From a virus: DNA of 64,000 nt. The DNA lies in IMG/VR virus record IMGVR_UViG_3300042564_002458, positions 56,922-120,921 of that record, one strand, 5' to 3'. Numbering within the stretch: position 1 is the first letter of the stretch; each line of letters starts with the position of its first letter. This document shows positions 9,472-20,114 of this stretch, in pieces. Made by a program: the position numbers and the translations under genes. The notes under the pieces are model-generated. The model saw only the letters and a program-made list of their open reading frames with translations, ran no database searches and was not told the DNA's origin.

Positions 9472-10293
9472 TTATATTACTAGTAATTGATCATAGGTAT
9501 AATTTCTTTCCATATATATGGATGGATGTTTCAGAAACATTGATTCTGCATCACCATCTCTACGTGGTTTTGATACAACATCAAAATTTACCAAATTAAC
9601 TTCTTTGAACTTATTGATAATTTCAAATACAGTTTTTGGTTCTCCATAGGCAAGATTTTCAATCATCAATGATGATTGACTAATTGCCTTAATCAAAGCA
9701 CGACAAATATCATTGACATGAACATATTCACGTAATGCAGTACCATCTTTGGTGTTATAATCTGTCCCATATAAATCAAATGAACCAGTTTTAATGGAAT
9801 TGATTAAGTTAAACAAAAGTCCATCTGGGTTTGTTGGTGGGAATCCATCTGTTCCAGTTACATTGTAAAAACGAAATATTGTTGAATTATCTGGCGCGAA
9901 TTGTCTGACAACATCTTCTGCGGCACGTTTTGATAGTCCATATGGATTGGTTGGAGTTTCTGCACCACCAGTGGATGCAAATACAAAATTTTTGAATTCA
10001 ATATATTTTAGTATGTTGGCAGTACCTAAAATATTAGTATCGTAATATTTTTCTGGATACTGAACTGATTCATTCATACGAACCAACGCTGCTAGATGAA
10101 TGATTGTATCAAACTTCTTATAACTACCAACACTCATAACATCAAGACTATCACAAATATCAATATTGAAATCAACATTAATGTCACTGATGTCTAAAGT
10201 ATATACATTGTATTTGTCAGTACTGTTTAACATTTTTACTAAATGTTTGCCAATATATCCCTGAGACCCAGTTACTAAAATATCAGATTTCAT
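9472..10293 (-). CDS. galE: NAD-dependent epimerase (UDP-glucose 4-epimerase-like)
   Basis: TGSQGYIG, HLAA, YGLSK, RFYNV, DGTALREYVHV. Confidence 0.85.
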   Translation of the reverse strand: MKSDILVTGSQGYIGKHLVKMLNSTDKYNVYTLDISDINVDFNIDICDSLDVMSVGSYKKFDTIIHLAALVRMNESVQYPEKYYDTNILGTANILKYIEFKNFVFASTGGAETPTNPYGLSKRAAEDVVRQFAPDNSTIFRFYNVTGTDGFPPTNPDGLLFNLINSIKTGSFDLYGTDYNTKDGTALREYVHVNDICRALIKAISQSSLMIENLAYGEPKTVFEIINKFKEVNLVNFDVVSKPRRDGDAESMFLKHPSIYMERNYTYDQLLVI

Positions 10294-10811
10294 TTATCAC
10301 CTGTTGGAAATGGCCAATTATTGCCATTGACATTTATATTAGAAATATCAAGTATTGATTCCATATAATATTTATTCCAAATACGATCCAATACTTTCAT
10401 AACTTCAGCATTGGACATTTCATGATCACTTGTTTCTTCTAATGAGTTAATAGTCCATATATTTTCTACAACATCATGCCAAGCATATATACAAACTTCA
10501 TCTGATGGACGATGAATCAAACACCATGGGGTTAGTTCATGTTCGGGGAATTCCCAATCATCCTCTGTTGCTGCATCACGATGAATAAAAATAGCATATG
10601 ATTCCATGTTTTTATCGCCACGTTCCTCGTAAACATATTCACCATTTTCGTCTTCAGTTTCAAGATCACCATGACCATCGAAAATAATCTTAACATCTGA
10701 AATGTCAGAAATGTTTTCTCCAATTTCCAATTCATCTGGATCATACCACATAGTGTCCAATAATCTTTGTATAATTTGTTCATATCTATTGTAATCATAA
10801 TCTTCACTCAT
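10290..10811 (-). CDS. acidic hypothetical protein
   Basis: 173-aa ORF coupled to its neighbours. Confidence 0.7.
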   Translation of the reverse strand: MSEDYDYNRYEQIIQRLLDTMWYDPDELEIGENISDISDVKIIFDGHGDLETEDENGEYVYEERGDKNMESYAIFIHRDAATEDDWEFPEHELTPWCLIHRPSDEVCIYAWHDVVENIWTINSLEETSDHEMSNAEVMKVLDRIWNKYYMESILDISNINVNGNNWPFPTGDK

Positions 10812-11155
10812 AAAATTCTCCTATCATCTACTAATGTCAATATCAATTGATATTGTTCCCATGCTTTATTCAATGATTTATATCTGGTTCTCAATTCACG
10901 TTCTCGTGTTTCTTGACGATACAAAAAACTATCCATATGTGATACCAAACGTGGAAGATTCTCTTTAGGCATAACGATATCTATCATTTCTACATCTTCA
11001 ATCTCATCATATCCTGGAAAAGAAGAAAGATCAGTCATTGCATTATTATTGTACTTGACTCTGCGATAGCGTCTTGACGAAGTTACAACATTTGCCTCAT
11101 ATTCTTTCTTGAATATTTCAAGAGCTTCGTTATCATTAATCCACATTGAACTCAT
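10808..11155 (-). CDS. hypothetical protein
   Basis: coupled ORF; AWEQYQLILTL C-terminus. Confidence 0.65.
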   Translation of the reverse strand: MSSMWINDNEALEIFKKEYEANVVTSSRRYRRVKYNNNAMTDLSSFPGYDEIEDVEMIDIVMPKENLPRLVSHMDSFLYRQETRERELRTRYKSLNKAWEQYQLILTLVDDRRIL

Positions 11156-11745
11156 TATTCACCACGTTTTGCAATAATCTTATCTGCCAAACCATATCCT
11201 ACGGCTTCAGAAGCACTCATAAAGAAATCACGTTCCATATCTTTTGATAATTCATCATATGTCTTTCCAACTGAGTTATGATTAACATAGATTTGAGTTA
11301 ATTCTCGTTTCATTTTAATAATTTCTTTAACTTGAATTTCCATATCAGTAGCTTGACCACGAGCACCACCACTTGGTTGATGAATCATATGTCTGGCATA
11401 TGGCAGAATCAAACGTTTACCTTGTGTACCAGCTTGTGCCAATAAACTACCCATACTACAGGCTTGACCCATAACAATAGTACTAACATCACAATTGATA
11501 AATTGCATAGTATCATAGATACTCATACCGGCTGTGACACTGCCGCCCGGACTATTGATATAAAAGTGAATGTCTTTCTCTGATTCACTTTCTAGAAATA
11601 GTAGTTGAGCCACAATCACTGAGGCTGAGTGTTCGTTAACATCATCGTGTAACATGATGATACGATCTTTAAGCAAACGACTATAAATATCATATGAGCG
11701 TTCGCCCTTGCTTGTTTGTTCTACTACCATTGGGATTAAACTCAT
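11155..11745 (-). CDS. clpP: Clp protease proteolytic subunit
   Basis: [33 protein letters not shown]. Confidence 0.97.
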   Translation of the reverse strand: MSLIPMVVEQTSKGERSYDIYSRLLKDRIIMLHDDVNEHSASVIVAQLLFLESESEKDIHFYINSPGGSVTAGMSIYDTMQFINCDVSTIVMGQACSMGSLLAQAGTQGKRLILPYARHMIHQPSGGARGQATDMEIQVKEIIKMKRELTQIYVNHNSVGKTYDELSKDMERDFFMSASEAVGYGLADKIIAKRGE

Positions 11746-11832
11746 TTTACTGCTCCTTTTAGAATATCTAGTTCACGTTCTGTCATGTACAGTTTTGATT
11801 CTAACTCACGATTCTTTTCATATAGTTTCATA

Positions 11833-12456
11833 TTATACTTTAGTGGTTGTTCTTTTGCGAGTACTAGGCGGTGGACTAACACCTTCTATATAATCGCATA
11901 GATTGAGTTTTAATGCGGCATCATGATCTAGCCATACATCCTGTGCGGGTAAGAGTTGTGACATGATTATGTCTTCGTCTAATCCAGTACATACTTTATA
12001 ATGATCCAAAATACGCTTATTTGTCAATTCAAATTCTCGCATAGTGGCAAATAATTCATGACTTTTACCTTCACTTCCAGCACTAAATTGATGACTAAGA
12101 ATACTGGTATTTGGTGTTAAAAATCTACGACCTTTTTGTCCCGCGATAAAAATCAATAAACCACAACTGGCAATTAAGCCAAGTCCCACAGTTTTAATTG
12201 GTATCTTACTAGATTTCATTGTATCAATCAGTGCAAATGCAGCTGACAAATCCCCACCCTCACTACAAATCATCAATAATAGTTCTGGCTTATGAATTTT
12301 ACTAATATAGTTTTCGTACAAAATCCATTCTATAACGGGTTTTACTGATTCTGCTGTAACGTCATCCATAAACACGTATCTGCCAGCATAATTCTGTAAA
12401 GCCTCACTGTGCGATAATGGTTGATTATCATTATCATTAGTGTCTTGTTTGGTCAT
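11833..12456 (-). CDS. second, divergent ClpP-like protease
   Basis: ICSEGG, IASCG, LSHQ, QDVW: Ser-His-Asp positions retained. Confidence 0.85.
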   Translation of the reverse strand: MTKQDTNDNDNQPLSHSEALQNYAGRYVFMDDVTAESVKPVIEWILYENYISKIHKPELLLMICSEGGDLSAAFALIDTMKSSKIPIKTVGLGLIASCGLLIFIAGQKGRRFLTPNTSILSHQFSAGSEGKSHELFATMREFELTNKRILDHYKVCTGLDEDIIMSQLLPAQDVWLDHDAALKLNLCDYIEGVSPPPSTRKRTTTKV

Positions 12457-12485
12457 TTAAAGTCCTTGCTATTTGTCATTTAACT

Positions 12486-12514
12486 AATATAACATAGAAA
12501 AAAAGTTCTGTCAA
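12486..12514 (-). promoter_or_regulatory. sigma70-like promoter
   Basis: TTGACA-N17-TATATT. Confidence 0.65.
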
Positions 12515-12550
12515 TCAAATTGGTCATAAATATTATTTTAGGAGATAAAC

Positions 12551-12916
12551 ATGGATATTATTTTAAGTATTGGTGGTATTGTTTTGGCTTATTTTGTAAC
12601 AAGTTACTTTTGGAAGAAATTATCAAAAGATGAAGTAAAAAAAGAAGCCGAATCAGTCGCACCATATAAAGTTGAACCACCAGTGGAAACTGTAGTTGTT
12701 CCGGTAGTGGAAGAAGTTAAAACTGTTGCACCTGAATTAAAAGTTGTAACTGGATCTGCTTTAAAACCCAGAACGACAAAGAGATCAACTAAATCAAAAT
12801 CAACTCAATCATCTGCCACTAAAACTACAGCCAAAACACCGGCAAAAACTACAGCCAAAACACCGGCAAAAACACCGGCAAAAACACGTATCAAAAAACC
12901 AACGGATAATGCATAG
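12551..12916 (+). CDS. membrane-anchored protein with basic AKT-repeat tail
   Basis: N-terminal TM helix; (T/P)AKT repeats; AGGAGA RBS. Confidence 0.75.
   Translation: MDIILSIGGIVLAYFVTSYFWKKLSKDEVKKEAESVAPYKVEPPVETVVVPVVEEVKTVAPELKVVTGSALKPRTTKRSTKSKSTQSSATKTTAKTPAKTTAKTPAKTPAKTRIKKPTDNA
12821..12887 (+). repeat. 12/24-bp coding tandem repeat (KTTA/KTPA)
   Basis: aaaactacagcc and aaaacaccggca units. Confidence 0.8.
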
Positions 12917-13610
12917 TACATTTTCTGTTGATTTAATCAGTGATTTAAATTTAACTGATACTGATATATTTGAATGGACTGGGAAACAAACCAGTTTATT
13001 CTGTGTTGTGGCTGGCAATATAAGCAACAATTTGAAAGTTTTAGAAAGAACATTATCTCATCTTGGTGATAATTATCGTGGTGTATTATTCATAGATGGT
13101 AGTCTTGAACATGAAAATCTTCAAGACTACTATTATAGAGTAGAAGAAATTAAAGAAATTTGTAGTAAAATTAATAATGTGGTTTATCTACATAATCATG
13201 TAGTAGTACTAAATGGTATAGCCTTTATTGGCTGTAATGGTTGGTATGGTAATAGAAAAGATTCTAATTGTATTGAAGAGATTGAATATTTAGAAAAATA
13301 TAGATCAGAAGATTTGTCATATATCAGTATGAGCATCAAAAAACTTCAACATAGTGAGGATGTTAAAAAAATGGTTATTGTCAGTAACAGTATACCAAGT
13401 GACTATTTGACATTTAACAGTCCAAATGTAAAATTTCCAGAAGAATTAAATTTAAGTTTGAGTTTACTTTTTGATAATAGTCACAAGATTGATAAATGGC
13501 TATTTGGAACTGATGATATGTCTATTGATGTAACATTATCAGATAGACAATATGTTAATAATCCTGTAATATCAGGATTATTATATCAACCAAAAAGAAT
13601 TGATCTTTAA
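12909..13610 (+). CDS. degenerate metallophosphoesterase-fold protein
   Basis: ISDLN, AGNI, GSLEH, WLFG: altered metal ligands. Confidence 0.6.
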   Translation: MHSTFSVDLISDLNLTDTDIFEWTGKQTSLFCVVAGNISNNLKVLERTLSHLGDNYRGVLFIDGSLEHENLQDYYYRVEEIKEICSKINNVVYLHNHVVVLNGIAFIGCNGWYGNRKDSNCIEEIEYLEKYRSEDLSYISMSIKKLQHSEDVKKMVIVSNSIPSDYLTFNSPNVKFPEELNLSLSLLFDNSHKIDKWLFGTDDMSIDVTLSDRQYVNNPVISGLLYQPKRIDL

Positions 13611-13909
13611 TCACATTCAATTTTAATTTGTAGTGGATAACCCTGACTACGAGCGGCAATAGTTACTTCAATACCTTTTTGTTCGGCAATTTCATATGGT
13701 AACACAGCTACCACGGCACTACCAGCAGAATGAATATTTTCAGTCAAATCCATGGCTGATGTTTCGCTATAATCAAAATATTCCATCAATGATTCCACCA
13801 CAAAATTCATAGTGGTAACATCATCATTGATATAAAATACACGATAGAATGGTGGTTCTGAAAGTTTAATATTTGGTTTAATTTTAGTACCGATTTCAGT
13901 TTTAGCCAT
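13607..13909 (-). CDS. clpS: ClpS N-end-rule adaptor
   Basis: YRVFYINDDVTTMNFVV...IHSAGSAVV...YPLQI. Confidence 0.9.
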   Translation of the reverse strand: MAKTEIGTKIKPNIKLSEPPFYRVFYINDDVTTMNFVVESLMEYFDYSETSAMDLTENIHSAGSAVVAVLPYEIAEQKGIEVTIAARSQGYPLQIKIECD

Positions 13910-13981
13910 TTTGTTTCCTTGAAAATTAAGAGAGATAGTGAGACAAAATAGCCTCACTATTCGTTACAAGTATTTATTATA

Positions 13982-14428
13982 TCACTTAAGATATTTAATG
14001 TCAATCGTTTTTGGTCTCATTTCTTCTGGAACTTGACGTTCTAGATAAATGGTTAAAATTCCATTAACATTTGTAGCATCAATAATCTTAACATGTTCGG
14101 CTAATGTAAATTCACGTTGAAAATCGCGATTACTAATACCGTGAAATAAGTATTCCTCAGTATAAACTTCCTGATTTTCTTTTCCGCCACTGATGGTTAG
14201 TACACGATTATTGAGTTCAATTTTAACCTCACCCTGATTAAAACCAGCCGTGGCCACTTCAATACGAAATTTATCATCAGTTTCTTTTACAATATTATAT
14301 GGGGGATAATTGGTTTGATTTGATTGAGAGGATACTCTGAGCATTTCATCCAACATTGAGTCAAATCCAATTCCGAATTTGTGTATAGATGGAATATCCA
14401 AACTTCTTAGACTTAAAGTACGTGTCAT
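13982..14428 (-). CDS. small heat-shock protein Hsp20 (IbpA-like)
   Basis: GFD, YPPYNI, AGF, FQREFTLA, NGILTI. Confidence 0.95.
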   Translation of the reverse strand: MTRTLSLRSLDIPSIHKFGIGFDSMLDEMLRVSSQSNQTNYPPYNIVKETDDKFRIEVATAGFNQGEVKIELNNRVLTISGGKENQEVYTEEYLFHGISNRDFQREFTLAEHVKIIDATNVNGILTIYLERQVPEEMRPKTIDIKYLK

Positions 14429-14490
14429 TTGTTTTCTCCTTTATTAAGCGATGAATGACTAATATAGACCCCTAAGGCATCTACACTAAT
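14429..14490 (-). promoter_or_regulatory. ROSE-like RNA thermometer in the hsp20 5' UTR
   Basis: TTCATCGCTT-AATA-AAGGAGAA hairpin with bulged G (UCGCU) opposite the SD, plus an upstream hairpin. Confidence 0.6.
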
Positions 14491-14537
14491 ACTTATTATA
14501 CAAGATTACGTAAAATAGTACAATATTATTGGATAAA

Positions 14538-14867
14538 TTAAACTGTAAAAGATTCACCACAACCACAACGTGCGGCTTCTTTTGGGTTGATAAAGTCAAA
14601 ACCTTCATTCAATCCTTTCTTTACATAATCAATCTCAAGACCATCAATATACACTAAATCTTTCTGTGTGACCCAAACTTTTGCCCCACTTCCGATATCG
14701 TATTCTACCCAATCCCATGTACATGGAACTTGATCTACATATTCAAGTACATACGCTAAACCACTACATCCAGTTGTCTTGACACCTACTTTGATGCCCT
14801 GTCCACTACCACGTTTGGCAATGTTACTAACTATTTTGGCTGCAGCCTTTTCTGTCACTGTAATCAT
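14538..14867 (-). CDS. iscA: A-type Fe-S cluster carrier
   Basis: GCSGLAY...CGCGESF. Confidence 0.95.
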   Translation of the reverse strand: MITVTEKAAAKIVSNIAKRGSGQGIKVGVKTTGCSGLAYVLEYVDQVPCTWDWVEYDIGSGAKVWVTQKDLVYIDGLEIDYVKKGLNEGFDFINPKEAARCGCGESFTV

Positions 14868-15358
14868 ATTTTTTTACCCTTTTTAACTGCCATGTTAAAT
14901 TTTAAATCACTAACATATTCTTTAAACACTATACCATTTAAATGATCCAATTCATGTAAGAAACATTTGGCATCCATATCTTCTAATGTTTCTGTATGAT
15001 ATATACCATTGATATCTTGCCAACGAGCATCTACAGTTTTTGGTCTAGTAATTTCTAAAAATACATTGGGAAAACTTAAACAACCTTCTGAATTCTTATA
15101 CTGTTCTTCACTAATACTAACTATTTCTGGGTTAAACATTAAAGTAGTACCCAATGATCTACTGATATTAATGGCTATTACTCTATAAGAAACACCAACT
15201 TGATTGGCAGCAATACCATGAGCCTGATAGTGATGTAATGTTTCAAGTAAATCTGTAGAAAGAAATCTATTAAGACCAGCAGGAGGATTATTAAAGTCCC
15301 ACTCTTGACAACGAGTACGTAATACTTGTTCAGGCCATTTTTTAATGTCTAATATCAT
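14864..15358 (-). CDS. def: peptide deformylase
   Basis: GIAANQVG, EGCLS, HELDHL. Confidence 0.95.
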   Translation of the reverse strand: MILDIKKWPEQVLRTRCQEWDFNNPPAGLNRFLSTDLLETLHHYQAHGIAANQVGVSYRVIAINISRSLGTTLMFNPEIVSISEEQYKNSEGCLSFPNVFLEITRPKTVDARWQDINGIYHTETLEDMDAKCFLHELDHLNGIVFKEYVSDLKFNMAVKKGKKI

Positions 15359-15728
15359 GTTTGATTCTGTAATCTGTTATTGCGGCTTTGATTGCATCTT
15401 CCGCTAAAATTGAACAGTGAATTTTCACAGGAGGTAATGCAAGCTCTTGCGCAATTTCCGTATTTTTAATTGTTCCGGCCTCATCAAGAGTTTTACCCTT
15501 GACCCATTCTGTAACCAATGATGAACTAGCAATTGCACTACCACATCCATACGTCTTAAAACGTGCATCTGTGATAATACCATCATTCACCTTTATTTGT
15601 AACTTCATCACATCACCACAGGCTGGTGCACCAACCATACCAGTACCAACATCAGTATCATTCTTATCAAATGATCCTACATTTCTTGGATTTTCGTAAT
15701 GATCCAACACTTTATCTGAATATGCCAT
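15342..15728 (-). CDS. iscU: Fe-S scaffold IscU
   Basis: HYENPRNVG, APACGD, GCGSA, LPPVKIHCS. Confidence 0.97.
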   Translation of the reverse strand: MAYSDKVLDHYENPRNVGSFDKNDTDVGTGMVGAPACGDVMKLQIKVNDGIITDARFKTYGCGSAIASSSLVTEWVKGKTLDEAGTIKNTEIAQELALPPVKIHCSILAEDAIKAAITDYRIKHDIRH

Positions 15729-16306
15729 TATTTTATCTCTTTAAGTTTATCTTTAATAATATTTATAGTAATTGGACTAAGAACCACTTCATAATGATTA
15801 ATGTCAACTTCAATTAAATTCATATCTGTACGACATTTCATACTCTTAACCGTTACCACACCATCATTGTCACTGATAATCCATGGACTGTTACCACTAG
15901 TAGTTACAATGTTTGTCCATGGACGTTTAATATTAATCTTACGAGCACTAGACATTGGTTCACTTAGTGGGCCAATATCTCTAAGTAATTTACTAAATGG
16001 TAGAAAATATTTGGCAAAGTCGGCACTTTCTGCCCCACCGTATGGTGTACTAATAGTACAAGCACCTAATACTTTATCATTTAAATATTCACTTAAATGT
16101 AAGGCATATATTCCACCAAGACTATGACAAACAAAAAACATATCATTGAAATCTTTCAATTGTTCTTTCATAGATTCTAAATTATTATGAAATCCATGTT
16201 TACTGTCATATTCAATCACATATTCATCTTTGTGTTTAAGATGTTGTCTGATATAATTGAAACTATCACCTGTAGCACTTGCCCCATGAATATATACTAT
16301 TTTCAT
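15728..16306 (-). CDS. alpha/beta hydrolase
   Basis: IHG, HSLGG nucleophile, NDGVV, NH. Confidence 0.85.
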   Translation of the reverse strand: MKIVYIHGASATGDSFNYIRQHLKHKDEYVIEYDSKHGFHNNLESMKEQLKDFNDMFFVCHSLGGIYALHLSEYLNDKVLGACTISTPYGGAESADFAKYFLPFSKLLRDIGPLSEPMSSARKINIKRPWTNIVTTSGNSPWIISDNDGVVTVKSMKCRTDMNLIEVDINHYEVVLSPITINIIKDKLKEIK

Positions 16307-16307
16307 G

Positions 16308-16517
16308 TTAGTACATTTTTTTAGGTAATTCTTGACTACGTAATTGTTTCTTCCAACGTGACTTAGCACGTGCTTTGGCTATCTTTCTTGTGATAGTTGG
16401 TTTCTCATAACTTTGACGTTCACGTAATTCATCAAGTAAACCACTATCAATGATTTTCTTTTTAAATTTACGCATTGACGATTCAAACGATTGACCATCT
16501 CTAATTATTACTTTCAT
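16308..16517 (-). CDS. rpsU: 30S ribosomal protein bS21
   Basis: FESSMRKFKKK...ELRERQSYEKPT. Confidence 0.9.
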   Translation of the reverse strand: MKVIIRDGQSFESSMRKFKKKIIDSGLLDELRERQSYEKPTITRKIAKARAKSRWKKQLRSQELPKKMY

Positions 16518-17721
16518 TTGTATTCTCTATTAATATTCTAGGATCATCTACTAAATCTCTAGTGATATTTATCGTCTTGATATTGTTCTTTATGTAGAAT
16601 TGAACATCATACATATGAGGCAATAATACTCGTTCCACTTCACTATGAAGTCCTCTTGCTCCAGTTTTTAATTTAAGACAATTTTCCGCTATTTGATCAA
16701 TAGATTCACTTGTAAATGTCAATGCAATGTCATCAAGTCCTAATAGATATTCATATTGTTGAATATAATTATTCTTAACATCAGTCATGATTCTAATCAA
16801 TTGTTCTTTGGTTAATTCACTAATATTAACCAAACTTGTAAAACGTCCAGTAAATTCTGGTATCATTCCAAATCTAGTTAAATCATCTGGAATAATTTTT
16901 TCCAAATAATCAATATCTTCTTTTGATTTTAGTTTAGATGAAAATCCAATACTATTTCCATCCATTCTTTTTGATACTATTTCATTTAAACCAACATAAG
17001 CACCACCAGCAATAAACAAAATATTTGTTGTATCAATTTCTATCATTTCTTGATTTGGGTGTTTACGTTTGCCACTTTGAGCCACTCTACATACAGTTCC
17101 CTCTACTAATTTAAGTAGAGCCTGTTGTACACCCTCACCGCTTACATCACGAGTAATACTAGCACTTTCTGAGCGTCTGGCAATTTTATCAATCTCATCA
17201 ATGAAAATAATACCACGTTGAGCACGTTCAATATCACCATCAGCCGCGGCCAATAGTCTACTAATCATACTTTCAACGTCATCACCAACATAACCAGCCT
17301 CTGTTAAACTAGTGGCATCGGCAATAATAAACGGAACATCTAGATATTTGGCTACAGTTTTGGCCAATAAAGTTTTACCACTACCAGTGGGTCCAACGAT
17401 TAAGACATTACTTTTTTGAAGTACAATGTTTTCATCTTTATTGTTGATTCGTTTATAATGATTACTAACAGCTACACTTAATATTTTCTTGGCACGTTCT
17501 TGTCCAATAATATATTGATCCAGAAAATTTTTGATATCATCTGGATATAGTGTAGTTGATTTATCATTTATTGATTGATCATCTGTTGATTGATCATTTG
17601 TTAATAACTCTGTGCAAAGTTCAATACAATCATTACAGATTGCCGAACTTTCGCCCACGATAAGTTTTTTAACTAAGTTTTTGTGTTTTCCGCAAAAGGA
17701 ACAGTGTAGAATGTCGCTCAT
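16501..17721 (-). CDS. clpX: ClpX AAA+ unfoldase
   Basis: CSFCGK zinc domain, [26 protein letters not shown] loop, TGARGL. Confidence 0.97.
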   Translation of the reverse strand: MSDILHCSFCGKHKNLVKKLIVGESSAICNDCIELCTELLTNDQSTDDQSINDKSTTLYPDDIKNFLDQYIIGQERAKKILSVAVSNHYKRINNKDENIVLQKSNVLIVGPTGSGKTLLAKTVAKYLDVPFIIADATSLTEAGYVGDDVESMISRLLAAADGDIERAQRGIIFIDEIDKIARRSESASITRDVSGEGVQQALLKLVEGTVCRVAQSGKRKHPNQEMIEIDTTNILFIAGGAYVGLNEIVSKRMDGNSIGFSSKLKSKEDIDYLEKIIPDDLTRFGMIPEFTGRFTSLVNISELTKEQLIRIMTDVKNNYIQQYEYLLGLDDIALTFTSESIDQIAENCLKLKTGARGLHSEVERVLLPHMYDVQFYIKNNIKTINITRDLVDDPRILIENTNESNN

Positions 17722-17762
17722 ATATTATACTTATCTTTTTAAGAATTGATGGCATCATTTTA

Positions 17763-18914
17763 TTAAACAAAAATAGCATTGGTGCCCAATAAATTAACAT
17801 TAGGACAATTTTCTAATGTGGGTGTTAATCTGATATCACTTATTCTACTAATATAGTTTGATACTGATTGACTAGTAATATTTATTGCTATTGTATATTG
17901 AAGTTGTTTACGAGCATTAATTATACCAGTATAATTGTAACCAAACGTAACAAGATTAGGTTGTGACTGTGGATTATTAAATGGGGCGCTAGTACAGGCA
18001 AAGTTTGTCCAATTACCAGATTGTTCTCTGACTTGAATTAATAAATTCATAGGAGCTCCCAATCTATTTTGAATAGCAGAATAACTCATCAGATCAGAGA
18101 ATTGATAGTATTTGGTTTGATTGGCACCAAAGAAAAATGAATGAGATTCTGTCAAAATCGACACTTGTGCCATTCCGCCGTCAGTTGGTTTCTGATCAAT
18201 TGGATTAAGTCTTGGTACTTTACCAACAGTTTTAAATACTTCTTGTAATGAATCTAAATATCCCTGATTCATATTGGCTATAAAATCAATTTCAATTCTA
18301 CCATTTCTATAATTGTCAATCATGGATCTACTGCCATCGATTTTCAAATTAAAGGCTCTACTAGGATAATCCCGCAAAACAGAATTTAAAATCTTATCCT
18401 CATCCTGTTTACTTTCTTGAAAAGTGGAAATACGATCAATGTGTTTTTCACCATCTAATTGATTAGTTGCACTAGAACTACCTAGAGCACGATTGGCAAT
18501 TTTGTTGGAACTAACAGTAACATCAATTTCCAAAATGAATTCATCATTTCCATTTTTTTCTCTGGAAATGATTTTATGATTTTTGACATAACAACTACTA
18601 TAATTAGTTACGTTATCTCTGGTCAATTGTTGATTATTACTTTCCAATTCACTAGAGATAACACTTCCAAATGCCTTGTTACAGGCTTCTTTAAATGCCA
18701 ATTTTGTGGCAAGTTGTTGATCGTTGTCAGTGACACGAATTTTAACCAAGTATTCTGGTACTTGATCACCAATTACTTCAGCGAAAAACTTAGTAATACT
18801 AATCACTGACATAATAGGACTGGCCGGAGCAATAATAGATGAACTAATTCCTTGACCATTAGATATGGAACAAACGCTCGTTAGTAATAGCGCCGATATC
18901 AATTTTAATTTCAT
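17763..18914 (-). CDS. exported protein (possible LPP20/FlgT-N-like domain)
   Basis: signal peptide; AFKEACNKAFGSVISS segment. Confidence 0.55.
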   Translation of the reverse strand: MKLKLISALLLTSVCSISNGQGISSSIIAPASPIMSVISITKFFAEVIGDQVPEYLVKIRVTDNDQQLATKLAFKEACNKAFGSVISSELESNNQQLTRDNVTNYSSCYVKNHKIISREKNGNDEFILEIDVTVSSNKIANRALGSSSATNQLDGEKHIDRISTFQESKQDEDKILNSVLRDYPSRAFNLKIDGSRSMIDNYRNGRIEIDFIANMNQGYLDSLQEVFKTVGKVPRLNPIDQKPTDGGMAQVSILTESHSFFFGANQTKYYQFSDLMSYSAIQNRLGAPMNLLIQVREQSGNWTNFACTSAPFNNPQSQPNLVTFGYNYTGIINARKQLQYTIAINITSQSVSNYISRISDIRLTPTLENCPNVNLLGTNAIFV

Positions 18915-18916
18915 GA

Positions 18917-19570
18917 TTATCTCATCATTGATTTACGAACATCTAAGATACCAGTTTCATTTTTCTTATCCCAACGAAAAACTACTTTGACATTACGTCC
19001 ACCACCTACAACTTCATTATCAATCATACGTAATCCACCCAAGATACCACGGCTACTAGTACGAATATTTTGTTGTAAACGACTAGAAATATTCAAGGCA
19101 TCTTGACGAACTGCCTGATTAATTGAGCCATTAGTTTCTGTGTCAGAGGTAGACACTCCGCCTGTATTATTGGCAATGTTATTGGTTTTGTTATCAGTAG
19201 ACTTTTCTAAATTTTTACTGATAATTTCAACACTGGTGGAACTAGTAATACTTTCTTTGTTAATGAAGTCATTGAGTTTGCGCTTGGCATCCAACTCGGC
19301 AACTTTATAACTTGATTCAATGGCGCTGGCACTATTACCCCAAACAGGAGCATAACCAGTTACTTCAATGGCTTCAATTCCGCCACTGAACATACCATAG
19401 ATAATTTTAATTCCATCTCGTTTAAAGTCCTCAGTGGCACGTTGTTCACTTATAGCAGTTTGTTGACCAGGATTTACAGGGCCGCCAGGATTGCTTTGAC
19501 TTTGATATTTGGGACTGGAACATCCAGCAAGTGCCATTACACTAACTAGAGTAATAAGTTTGAAATTCAT
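18917..19570 (-). CDS. lipoprotein (LPP20-like)
   Basis: LAGC lipobox; AELDAKRKL. Confidence 0.65.
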   Translation of the reverse strand: MNFKLITLVSVMALAGCSSPKYQSQSNPGGPVNPGQQTAISEQRATEDFKRDGIKIIYGMFSGGIEAIEVTGYAPVWGNSASAIESSYKVAELDAKRKLNDFINKESITSSTSVEIISKNLEKSTDNKTNNIANNTGGVSTSDTETNGSINQAVRQDALNISSRLQQNIRTSSRGILGGLRMIDNEVVGGGRNVKVVFRWDKKNETGILDVRKSMMR

Positions 19571-19590
19571 TGAAGACTCCAGAATAGAGT

Positions 19591-19620
19591 TACTGACGGC
19601 AGAAAATCCACCGTCAGTTT
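19591..19620 (-). terminator. probable intrinsic terminator
   Basis: ACTGACGG/CCGTCAGT stem after the 19637 gene. Confidence 0.5.
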
Positions 19621-19636
19621 ACTAGATCATAACAGA

Positions 19637-20080
19637 TTATTCGACTGTTTGATCAACTGCGGCGAGAACATCCTCAGCGGAAACTTTACGCTTAGACCGA
19701 GCCTTGATACTGTCAAGTGATAATGCCTGTTTCTTGGTGGCTTTAACTTTGACTTCTTTTTTGACACGAGGTGCTTTTGGTTCACGAGTATCAATTTGAT
19801 CCTGAATCAATGCCTGATCTGACGGATCTTGAAACTCCGATGCGGCTAGAGCAAACTTAAGTGCTTCTAATCGCAACATTGGTTCTGGAAGACTAATAAA
19901 GTCTGTACGTTTTTCAATGAGTTTAACACCCTTTGATTTTACATACGACTTTGATTGAGCCGATTTGATACGACTAGTCAGATCAACACCGCATCGAACC
20001 TTTTCAACCACTTTTGAACCATCTGGGGTTTCGTGTTTAGTAATGCCGACACAAGTCCATAGAGTATCACGTTTTGCCAT
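19637..20080 (-). CDS. basic hypothetical phage protein
   Basis: AGGAG RBS; Lys-rich C-terminus. Confidence 0.75.
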   Translation of the reverse strand: MAKRDTLWTCVGITKHETPDGSKVVEKVRCGVDLTSRIKSAQSKSYVKSKGVKLIEKRTDFISLPEPMLRLEALKFALAASEFQDPSDQALIQDQIDTREPKAPRVKKEVKVKATKKQALSLDSIKARSKRKVSAEDVLAAVDQTVE

Positions 20081-20114
20081 TTTTAAAACTCCTAAAATAT
20101 AATAAAAAATAAAA

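Noticed and set aside
11155-17721. Bacterial chromosomal origin or chimeric assembly
   Set aside because: Host-like genes share the low GC, overlap phage-type ORFs and are not in bacterial operon order.
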